From Ginkgo biloba (Eukaryota; Plantae; Ginkgophyta): a stretch of 19,324 nucleotides of DNA. Where the stretch lies: assembly GCA_024626585.2 (NCBI GenBank), contig JANKJI020000002.1, positions 67,733,342-67,752,665 on the forward strand, read 5' to 3'. A program made the position numbers and the translations under genes. The notes beneath the pieces were generated by a model. The model was not told the origin of the DNA. It was given only the letters and a program-made list of their open reading frames with translations, and made no database searches. Position 1 is the first letter of the stretch, and the number at the start of each line of letters is the position of its first letter. Below, piece by piece: positions 1 through 9,649 of this stretch.

Positions 1-1180
1 TTCATGTTGTAACATGCATGTTGATTTAGCTCGTATGCTTCTTGTAACAATTTACCATGAAGCAGAAAACGTTCTTGGATCGATCCCACTTCTTTATCAT
101 TGGGCTCTGGTACTTTAGTTTTTGCAATGTAGTGGTATGTTGATTAAGAGTATGAATTAGTTGTGGATTCAAAGGATACTGTAGTATTGGATGCGTCATT
201 CTTCACTTTCACAAAGGCTAGCTCGTTTGCAACCATTGGTAGTATTACGCTTTTATCATTTTACCATAAGATGAGTGCATATGTCCACCAATCTTGTATA
301 GCTCTAGTTTCATGTAGCCACTCTTGTTCACATAACACAACATAGGTTCAACCCTTTGTCGGGCTGTGTTTAATATCGTGAAATCCTGTAGGACCATTAT
401 TCACACTAGAGTAATAAGAATGTTTTCACCTATTCCCAACAATCATACTTGGGTTTGGTCTACCATAGTAAATGTATACTGTGCGAGTGTCATGGCTAGA
501 CTCCTTATGGCTTTCCAAGTGTTTTTGGGCATCACATTCACCACAGATCCTTTGTCTATGATAGTTTAATCTATTGTCTAACCTAACAATTGTATGATTA
601 CATGGGGATCTTGGTTGAAATTTGTTTGAATGCATTGTACTAGTATTGCATCATTATTTCTAGTAAATTTGGTCATCTTCTTCAACTTCTTCCATTCTCA
701 AAGTTTAAAAAATGGTAGATAATGGCATGCTCAACTTCAAGTTGTCCACAAATTGCTTCAATACTTNNNNNNNNNNNNNNNGGGCGTCAGTCGAAGTCGT
801 TAGTATTAACAATCTTGTGTCTGTAATAGTTTCCACAAGTGTAGGTGTTTCCTGCTCATTTTCTCTAGATGGTGTTGTGATCATAGGCTCCTTAAGTTGC
901 TTGCAAAAATATAGCTTTGTGATTTTCACTTTGCTTTCAATTCTCTCAATTTCTTCTTGAGCTTTTTTAGCTCAAAGTCTTTATGCTTCTTCCTCGGGTT
1001 TTCTCNNNNNNNNNNNNNNNNNNNNNNNNNNNNNNNNNNNNNNNNNNNNNNNNNNNNNNNNNNNNNNNNNNNNNNNNNNNNNNNNNNNNNNNNNNNNNNN
1101 NNNNNTGGCCAAATGCATGTGGATCCATTATTGTTCACTCATGGCTTAGGATGGGGAGCCAGAGGGTGTAACAACACTTG
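1..1180 (-). mobile_element. Decayed Ty3/gypsy LTR retrotransposon gag-protease region
   Basis: Minus-strand translation through stops gives ...TIIDKGSVVNVMPKNTWKAIRSLAMTLAQYTFTMVDQTQV*LLGIGENILITLV*IMVLQDFTIL..., then after a frameshift LCEQEWLHETRAIQDW (~286-335). This fits the retropepsin pattern (hhD-x-G-S-x-VN; M-x-DQ; LLGRPWL...QDW). The catalytic Asp codon is at 554-556. Bases 700-1005 encode a Lys/Glu-rich gag-protease linker-like stretch. The right boundary is approximate. Confidence 0.8.
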
Positions 1181-2018
1181 ACTAAGAAGGAGCAGGGGAG
1201 ATGGTGAATGAGGCCATAGTGGCCATTTTAAATAGAAGTCAAAAAACTTGTTGAGTTAATGTTGTTCAATCAAGAATGAAAGATTAAGGTATTGCTCTAC
1301 TTCCAGTCGAGCATTCATAGCCCTGACAAAGTTTCCCTTGGTTCCCCTCTGAGCCTTACGCCATTACTAGTTGGACATCTATAGCCTTGATGGAGGTTGC
1401 TTGAATCACCTATTCTTGAGGAAGGAGTTTTAGAAGATTTTCTATTGCGTGCACACATAAGTATATGCACACATTATATTGTTCATTCAGCTTGACTCCC
1501 CCCTTTTAAAATCCTGTCTTCCAATTGTAGGTTGGGAATCCTTGTAAGGATTGGCAATGAATCAAGATGTTTAACTTTTCCTTTCGTCGTCTTCATAGAA
1601 GTTTTAGGTTTTAGCGCATATTTGTGTCTCTTTTTTGTGCATAGGTCATTCTTAAATTTGCCTAACAGTTTTGTGGCCAGTTTCAAACTTCAATTATGGA
1701 CAGACACTAGTTCTAATCGGGACATCCTTCTGGGATAGACAAGCTAATTTCCTTTCTAAAATCCAACACTAAAGAGCACAATACTTCTAGGTATGGGAGG
1801 CACATTTCTTACCTTGTGGGTTGTTTAGAAATTTATGGATAAGGGTTGACCCTAGGACAGTCTGCATTTTATTAAAAATAAAGGTGATTGTGTGAAAGTG
1901 GTAGACTAACCTAATAAATTAGGCTTTGGGATGGGTGCAAATCATGAAATTAACTAAGGAAAGTAACGTGACTAGAAATAAACTATCATACTCCATCTCT
2001 AACTAGCTACTTACCTGA

Positions 2019-2828
2019 TCATTCAGAGATGGATGGGGATGGACCAACCATGAAATAATGCTTGAGGTGATGGTCATTGACTGGTAGTGGTATATCCTTT
2101 CCCTATAGGTCTTTCAATTTGAAGGTATTATTTCCCAAGATCTTAGATATCTAATAGGAGCCAACCTAGAGGGCCTCAAATTTAGAATGTTGTCCCTTCT
2201 TTTCATGAGATTTTATCCCACATCAGAACCAAGTCTGTGATCCTAAAAGAATTGACTTTGGCTCTCCTATCAAACCATCATTTAATNNNNNNNNNNNNNN
2301 NNNNNNNNNNNNNNNNNNNNNNNNNNNNNNNNNNNNNNNNATCTCCAAGTTGTCTAGCATATGGTCTTTTATCTTGTCACCTTCCACCATGTATTCTTGT
2401 ATAAATTGGTAGGTAGGTAGTTTTAATGTGATGGAAAAAATTAGCTCTTGCCCATAGACCAGTAGGAATGGTGAGGTCTTGAGTGCATCCTTTGTTCTTG
2501 TCCTATCTGCCCATAGTGCATACTTTGGGAGGGTATGCCACTGTCTCNNNNNNNNNNNNNNNNNNNNNNNNNNNNNNNNNNNNNNATGATGTTCTTGTTT
2601 GTGGACTTGGCTAACCCATTTCCTTGTGGATAGTAATTGGAATAAAATATTAGGGTTATATGGTGATAATAGGTCCATTAAGTGAATTTGGCTGACTGAA
2701 AGGGCTAGGTCATTGTCACATACTAGTAAGAAGGGGGTCCCAAATCTGGTGACTATGTTGTCCTCCAGGAAGTCAATGACCACTTTGGCTGTGCTATTCT
2801 TTGTTTCCACTGCTTCAGTCCACCTTAT
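2019..2828 (-). mobile_element. Ty3/gypsy (Tat/Athila-type, non-chromovirus) integrase remnant 1: core and C-terminus
   Basis: Reads RWTEAVETKNSTAKVVIDFLEDNIVTRFGTPFLLVCDN, then a frameshift, then YSNYYPQGNGLAKSTNKNII (2586-2640), RQWHTLPKYALWADR...SPFLLVYG, WFDRRAK...DLVLMWD...HSKFEAL*VGSY (decayed GPY motif) and LPVNDHHLKHYF, with a stop at 2019-2021. Contains stops and a frameshift. The 5' end is lost in an N gap. Confidence 0.93.
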
Positions 2829-3310
2829 NNNNNNNNNNNNNNNNNNNNNNNNNNNNNNNNNNNNNNNNNNNNNNNNNNNNNNNNNNNNNNNNNNNNNNNN
2901 NNNNNNNNNNNNNNNNNNNNNNNNNNNNCCAAATATTGAGGCCTATAATGAATGCTAAAATGGAAGGGTGGAAGTATTTATAAATGACCCATTTTCACTA
3001 AGGAACCAATGTCAATGGACAATAACAATAGGAACCAAATTAATAGAAATATATATGAAGTGATAATTGGTAATGACTCTGAATGTTGATTTTACTGCTA
3101 AATGGTAAAAAGAGAGATTGGGATATATTACTTTATTTGGAAGTAATTCATCTTTATCTATAGAGAAACATTCATGAAAAAATATAGGCCAACCATTGAT
3201 AAATAATTACACTAGACATTCCCCAACCTCATGCAAATATAAAGTGAAAATCCATATAGATATCAACAAGTCCCATCCTCATAAGCATGTTGATATAATC
3301 ATTATATACC

Positions 3311-3395
3311 AAAATGTAAAATGTAAAATGTAAATAGAATGTCATAATGTGAGTGGAAAATGTCATAATGATATGTCATAATGTAGAATATAATA
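3311..3395. repeat. Short AAAATGT / ATGTCATAATG tandem repeats
   Basis: (AAAATGT)x3 at 3311-3331, followed by three ATGTCATAATG copies, inside non-coding sequence downstream of integrase remnant 2. Confidence 0.7.
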
Positions 3396-4264
3396 GAAAG
3401 AAATGATTATGGATGATAAATCATTTGAAGGTGCACGCACACATGAATGTGTGANNNNNNNNNNNNNNNNNNNNNNNNNNNNNNNNNNNNNNNNNNNNNN
3501 NNNNNNNNNNGATTGACTAACTACTAAAAAGGAAGAGAGTCATCCATAACTATTGAAATGAGATGAATCTAATACAAAGGAGAAATCATTCTTGAGTATT
3601 TCCCCAACTAAATACGCATATAACAACTATAATAAAATTAGATACATGCTAATACTAGATTCTATATTTATATCTATTTACTTTTGGAATGAATATAAAT
3701 ACTTGAAAGCGTATGCATGCTAGAATATATATCTTCTAAGAGGANNNNNNNNNNNNNNNNNNNNNNNNNNNNNNNAAACTAAATTAATGAAGATATATTC
3801 ACTATTTTAAATGTATACCTATTAATTCCTTCCAAAAGTTAATGGCTCAAAATATACTATAAAATCTAGAGAGATGTGAGGCTTTTGTTGTAAGGCATGA
3901 TAACAAAATTTATGATAACTAAGTACTTTCCCCTTAGGCTCTTATGTGGATTAAGAGGAAAAACATTTGAAATGATAAACCAAGTGATCCTATTTAGGTN
4001 NNNNNNNNNNNNNNNNNNNNNNNNNNNNNNNNNNNNNNNNNNNNNNNNNNNNNNNNNNNNNNNNNNNNNNNNNNNNNNNNNNNAAAACTGCCAAAAATCA
4101 CTTTATTATTACTCCATGTACATGCACATTGGATGTGATTAACATTGTATGAATTGTACATTATATATATGTATCATATAAAATTCATAAGTGTACCCCC
4201 TAATACAAATTTAATTACCATATAGAGGGAGGGGGGAGAAGGGGGCTATACTGCCTAACTCAAC

Positions 4265-5450
4265 TCAAGCATAAAATTGCTTAATATAAGACCCATTAGT
4301 TGGATAGGATAATAGAGTTCTATCCATATAATANNNNNNNNNNNNNNNNNNNNNNNNNNNNNNNNNNNNNNNNNNNNNNNNNNNNNNNNNNNNNNNNNNN
4401 AGGACCTAACTTCTTAGTAGGTTCATCAAAACATAAAAAAAGGATACCCTCTTCAAATGTTTGAGGTATAACCTTTCTATCAAAAGAGGATTTGAATATT
4501 TTACTATGGCATTAAATATTCTCAAAGTCTCTAAGATTATTGTGATCCATTTTCTTAAGCTCTATAAGTCAAATGGCATAGTATTTTATCATGCACAACT
4601 AATTATGGATTTCTATTCTTAAGGAGTTTGAACCTCAATTGGAAGAATAACTTCCAATCCATATATGAGTGAGAAAGGTGTAAAAGTAGTTACAAATTTA
4701 GTCATTTTTCAGTAAGACCACAATTATGGATATATCTTAGTATTCCAATCTTGATGATTTTCATTAATTATTTATTGAAGGATGGATTTTAATGTTTTAT
4801 TTAATTATTCTACTAGACCATTGGCTTGTAGATAGTAGGAGGAATTATTTGAGTGATTAATACCTAGCTTGTTGAAAAGTTCCTTTATTAACTCATTCAT
4901 AAAATGAGTACCTCAATTTGATATAGTATCTAGTGGAAAAGTAAATTGTATAATAATTTTTTTGAATACAAATATAGAAGTAGTTTCCCCATTCACTTTT
5001 TAAACTACCACGGACTCATCCCATTTAGTGAAATAGTTAACTACTATGATGATATACTAATATTTGGATCCCACAAGAGGTTCAAATGTTCCAAAAAATT
5101 TGATCCCTCATTTGGAAAATAAACTACCTATAATAGTTGGATAAATTAGAACTTTCGGTGCATTCTATTTAGAGATAAATTATTGGCATCTTGGAGAATT
5201 ATTAATAACCTAATGATAATCATTTATAAGGGTTGTCCAATGGTAACCTACTATGACAATTTTAGCTATAATGGTAATAATAACTAAATGAACTTTATTA
5301 AATTTATAATGACACTTGTTCATTATAATTTTAGCTTCTTCTCTAGTGATACAATATCTATTGGCATCACTTGTTAATCTCTTATATAAGATATCATCCA
5401 AAATAACAAAGCTTGATTTTTGTATGCAAATATTTTAATATTTCAAACCT
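4265..5450 (-). mobile_element. Ty3/gypsy (Tat-type) integrase remnant 2: near full length, heavily decayed
   Basis: Reads DDILYKR...CITREEAKIIMNKCH...H...GYHWTTLIND (zinc-binding region), YIIIVVNYFTKWDES (~5010-5055), ISN*GTHFMN, SSYYLQANGLVE (~4808-4843), DWNTKI...LWSY, TPFSLIYGLEVILPIE, and after a gap YPTNGSYIKQFYA* (stop at 4265-4267). Many in-frame stops. Confidence 0.92.
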
Positions 5451-5639
5451 AAAGGAGTCAATTATGAGGAGATTGGAGAAGAACCACTCAGCAAGGATGG
5501 TAACTCTTTTTAATTTATTTATATGGTGAGGAATTTACTACAACATCATGCTTATTATACTATTCCTAATTTTTTTTGTCTGAGTTTTGTATATTAGAGG
5601 TACTTTATTACTATGAGCTTTACTATGTATAACACCTTA

Positions 5640-6340
5640 GGTAATATACAAACAAAGAGGTTAAGGAAAGATCACTTGGAGATCATATTTTTATTAAGGA
5701 GGTAGATCCTCCATTGATTAACTTTTTGATTAAAGTGAATTCAATCCCATATTCAATCTAGAAAAAAAAAAAAAAAAAACCTATAAATAACTTAGTTAAA
5801 GAAGAATAAGGTGGTAATTTTTTATCTACAACCTCAACCCATTTGGTGAAATAGTAAATGTTCATTATGATATATTTTCATTTTATTATACAAGGGAGGG
5901 GGTCAATATTATTAACAAAGGCAATTTCCCACTTAGAAAAAGTATCAACTACTATTCGAGGTTTTAAAGGCAAAGGAGGGAAGGATTACCTAGTAGTGAA
6001 TTATCGATAATTATAACAATGCTTGATAACCTAATAAAAGTATTTAAACATGGTTAGAAAAAAATGCATATCCCTAATAACATTAGACATCATAGTATAA
6101 GTAGAATAATTCTCATTATATACTCTAAAATAGCACTCACCAAGACTAGCTTGGCATTTTCTCTAGTCACATATCTCAAGAAGACACTCTTACAAGATAT
6201 TTTATAGTGTGTTAACAAGGATGATATATCTAGGTGCTTAGAAGCCAATACTTTTTTTTTCTTACTTACTTATATTAGTATGATAGGATATGGTAAAAAT
6301 ATGTAAAATTTCATCCCCATACCATAGGTAATATTTAGAG
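5640..6340 (-). mobile_element. Ty3/gypsy integrase remnant 3: N-terminal part, 3'-truncated
   Basis: Reads WYGDEIL...APRYIILVNTL (segment preceding integrase), FSKWEIAFV, and KYIIMNIYYFTKWVEVVDK (FTKWVE at 5833-5850). It has multiple frameshifts and stops and breaks off near 5640. Confidence 0.8.
5762..5779. repeat. A18 mononucleotide run
   Basis: 18 consecutive A inside integrase remnant 3. Confidence 0.9.
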
Positions 6341-6518
6341 ATGTGGAAGATGTTTCCATTAATAAAGAAGGTATGTACCCCTAGGAAATTAGACTTATCA
6401 TGACCTAAGGGTACTATGACTTGTGATAAATTTAGACCCATTTTAAATNNNNNNNNNNNNNNNNNNNNNNNNNNNNNNNNNNNNNNNNNNNNNNNNNNNN
6501 NNNNNNNNNNNNNNNNNN

Positions 6519-6583
6519 ATAATAGTCATGACTTTAATTGGGTCTGTATGTATTCCTTGATAAAAAATAATATAACTTAGAAG
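6519..6583 (-). mobile_element. Short gypsy reverse transcriptase C-terminal scrap
   Basis: LLSYIIFYQGIHTDPIKVMTI resembles the gypsy RT end motif LLG(F/Y)IVS..GI..DP.KV.AI. Same strand as, and upstream of, integrase remnant 3. Only about 21 aa. Confidence 0.5.
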
Positions 6584-6591
6584 TCATATGT

Positions 6592-6795
6592 TATCACCCA
6601 TTTTATCACCTATGATACTCATACTATCCATTTAACCACATATGGGGCTTATTATTGTGCCTTAAAATTTTTATTGTAACCACTTACATGTCCTTTAGCT
6701 AACCTTGTAACATTTCATAACTTTTCTATGGTTAGCCTCATATTATCTCCAATATCATATAAATATCACTTTTATATAAACATAAAAATGGATGA
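6592..6795. repeat. Unclassified dispersed repeat, copy A (direct homolog at ~15164-15367)
   Basis: 6746-6780 matches 15318-15352 at 32/35, and 6628-6644 matches 15200-15216 at 16/17. Both anchors have the same 8572 bp offset. Confidence 0.85.
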
Positions 6796-8632
6796 AGTAT
6801 TATAAGTAGTTGTATTACTTTTTATATCATATTGTTATTCATCCCTTCTCACTACACAGGGAGAAGTGGGGAGATATTCCATCCATATTGAATATCATTG
6901 TGAGAGTCATGGATTAGCACAGAGAGAGAGAGTATACTTACATTTGTCTATNNNNNNNNNNNNNNNNNNNNNNNNNNNATTGATTACTAGATTCTATCTT
7001 ATATTTTGTGTTATCTCTCTTCTTATGATATGGTGTATATTTTTGTTGATTTATATATGTATGATATTCACATCAAGGACTCTTTGTGCACTAAGAACCC
7101 CGATATCATATCCTTTTCTATGTTATAGAATGGAATTATTCTTATTGGGGATTGATATATGATATTTTTTCATAACATAATTAGTGACCATACTAGGGAA
7201 TGTAACATATTTTCCAATATATATACNNNNNNNNNNNNNNNNNNNNNNNNNNNNNNNNNNNNNNNNNNNNNNNNNNNNNNNNNNNNNNNNNNNNNNNNNN
7301 NNNNNNNNNNNNNNNNNNNNNNNNNNNNNNNNNNNNNNNNNNNNNNNNTACATTCCACTAATCATATATTCAATTTAAAAGTGGTGGTTTCATTATTATC
7401 TTTTCTTATATAATTTGAATATTCTAAATATTCTACTAAACTATCTCTTCATCATTTAATGTGGTTAAAAATGTTCAGTTTGAGATTTAACTTGAAAGAA
7501 TTTTGACTACACACCTTTGGGTTTGAATGTTTCAAGAATTAGTAGTTATCACCCCATATCCTTCCATAAATAGTGGCCAATTCAAATAGTCAAATGAAGT
7601 CATGATGGTCAAAGAATTATAGTTCATGGAAAATGAATTCATGGTTGTGGGCCAAAATATAACACTATTTTGAGAAAACCAAACTCACAGAAGGGAAAAA
7701 AGAGAAATAAGAATTTGTGCTCCCTCTCCATTAATGAACCTCCAACTCTCTATTTCCTATGAGATTTAAATAAATTGAGGCTTCTTAACACACCCATGGA
7801 GAATTACAAAAAGGATAAGATGATTTATGACAGATCTTATTTTCACTTGATGAATGGGAGAAACCACCTAAAATATAATAGATAATTCATATTTTTGGAG
7901 TTATCACAAGGCATTAGAGGAAAGAGACTGCATCGAAGGTGATGTTGGTGAAGAATCAACATAGTTAGAATTGATATTTAACCTTTGAATCCATTCATAG
8001 AATCAATTCCTTACATTTTCTTGGCCAACATACTTATGTGAATGATACTGACATTTCCCTANNNNNNNNNNNNNNNNNNNNNNNNNNNNNNNNNNNNNNN
8101 NNNNNNNNNNNNNNNNNNNNNNNNNNNNNNNNNNNNNNNNNNNNNNNNNNNNNNNNNNNNNATATTGTAGGGAAGGGTAAGGAAAATATGTGTGTATCCT
8201 ATCTAAGAGAAAATAATTCAATAAAAAGGTAAAAATGAAAAGGAAAATTGAAAATTAATTACTCAAAAGAAAAAGAACACATATAAATATAAATAAATAC
8301 TTTTGATATGGATAGAAACATAAGAGAGGAAATTGTGTTGGGTAGAAACCCCTAAATAGAATAGAATATAAGAAAATATTTTTGATTTAGATAGAAATAT
8401 ATATGATAAATCTATGTATGACATAATCCAAAGTATAAATTTTGCTTAGAATAGAAAATCTATATGAAGAGGCTAAAAAANNNNNNNNNNNNNNNNNNNN
8501 NNNNNNNNNNNNNNNNNNNNNNNNNNNNNNNNNNNNNNNTGAATAAAATATGATTTAATGTAACAATCATAAAATTATATATAAAAATCACAAACATATA
8601 AAATTATGGGCAAGATAATCCGTGGCACAAAA

Positions 8633-8945
8633 CTAGGAAAATCATCCATGCTGTCAAAAAAATTAGTTGCAGTGGTCAAGAAAATTCACCGTGATCAGGA
8701 AAATTAGCTAAGGAGGTCAAGAAAATCATTCACATTGGTCAAGAAAATTAACAATANNNNNNNNNNNNNNNNNNNNNNNNNNNNNNNNNNAAAAAAAAAA
8801 AAATAGCCTCATATTTAAGTTGGGAAAATCAAACGCGATCAAGAAAATTGATCACTAGTCAAGAAAATCATCCACACAAGTCAAGAAAATCAATCACATT
8901 AGTTAGGAAAATTAGTCGCGATGGAGTGTTATAGGAGAAAATCAT
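8633..8945. repeat. Degenerate ~19-23 bp minisatellite with core GTCAAGAAAAT(C/T)A
   Basis: About 11-12 visible imperfect units, e.g. GTCAAGAAAATCATTCACATTG, GTCAAGAAAATCATCCACACAA and ATCAGGAAAATTAGCTAAGGAG, interrupted by an N gap. Confidence 0.85.
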
Positions 8946-9649
8946 AACATGATAGGATTAAGCTACAACACATAGATAAACCCATGGAATATTTAGGAAA
9001 ATTAATGACAGTGTGTTTAGATGATAATCTTTGAACCTATTAAGCAAAAACCTATAAATGAGCACTACATGGACTAATGTTTCAAATATGATATCATGAT
9101 AACCTGTGATATCTATTAAGAATTTAAAAAACAATGATGATGAAGTCCATATTCTAGTGAATTTATTGTATTCCTTAGTATGGTTTCTAATTATGTTTAT
9201 GCCAAAAACCACCTTTGCATGATATGGAGACCAAATGAAGTAATTGATGGAATAAACATGTGGGAATACTTCTTACGTGTGATAGGGGATGAATTCTTAT
9301 GTAGTAAGATATCTCCTTGTTCATTCTTGTTCCCATGGGTAGCTCAAATCAATGTACTAGATAGAAGAGTAATTTATAATATTACAACAATAAGAGATCT
9401 ACTAATAAATAATATATGTAAAATAAATATAACTATTGATATAAAGGACCATGCATTGAGAAGAAAAGGATTAATGTAAAGATTGAGATAATAGAGAGAG
9501 ACAAAATATGATTGCAAAAGATATATTAATATGAACAATAGTAAGGTGGCANNNNNNNNNNNNNNNNNNNNNNNNNNNNNNNNNNNNNNNNNNNNNNNNN
9601 NNNNNNNNNNNNNNNNNNNNNNNNNNNNNNNNNNNNNNNNNNNNNNNNN

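Noticed and set aside
163-635. Short ORFs at 163-345, 366-569 and 426-635
   Set aside because: They are antisense or off-frame shadows of the decayed gypsy protease, which lies in another - strand frame broken by stops.
1483-1686. ORF ending ...PNLQLEDRILKGGS with purine tract AAAAGGGGGGAG (1496-1507, - strand) as a chromodomain end plus PPT
   Set aside because: No chromodomain aromatic residues upstream, no TG LTR start directly after the tract, and no second LTR copy found.
3680-4000. Possible second aRH remnant downstream of integrase remnant 2 (- strand)
   Set aside because: Only vague spacing similarity. The TNN-x-AEY and DS motifs are not recognisable and gaps interrupt the region; it needs a profile search.
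4224-4245. G-rich tract as PPT or G-quadruplex
   Set aside because: It is on the wrong strand to be the PPT of the adjacent - strand element, and has only three separate G runs.
5762-5779. A18 as a retroposon poly(A) tail
   Set aside because: It lies inside a collinear integrase remnant with no target-site duplication, and is better explained by slippage expansion.
8633-8945. CRISPR-like repeat-spacer array
   Set aside because: Repeats are short and degenerate, linkers are only about 7-11 bp and related to each other, there are no cas genes, and the context is eukaryotic.
8958-9479. ORFs 8958-9212 (-) and 9180-9479 (+) as genes
   Set aside because: No recognisable motifs, AT-rich and CpG-depleted, and overlapping a repeat that has an inverted homolog at 7150-7450.
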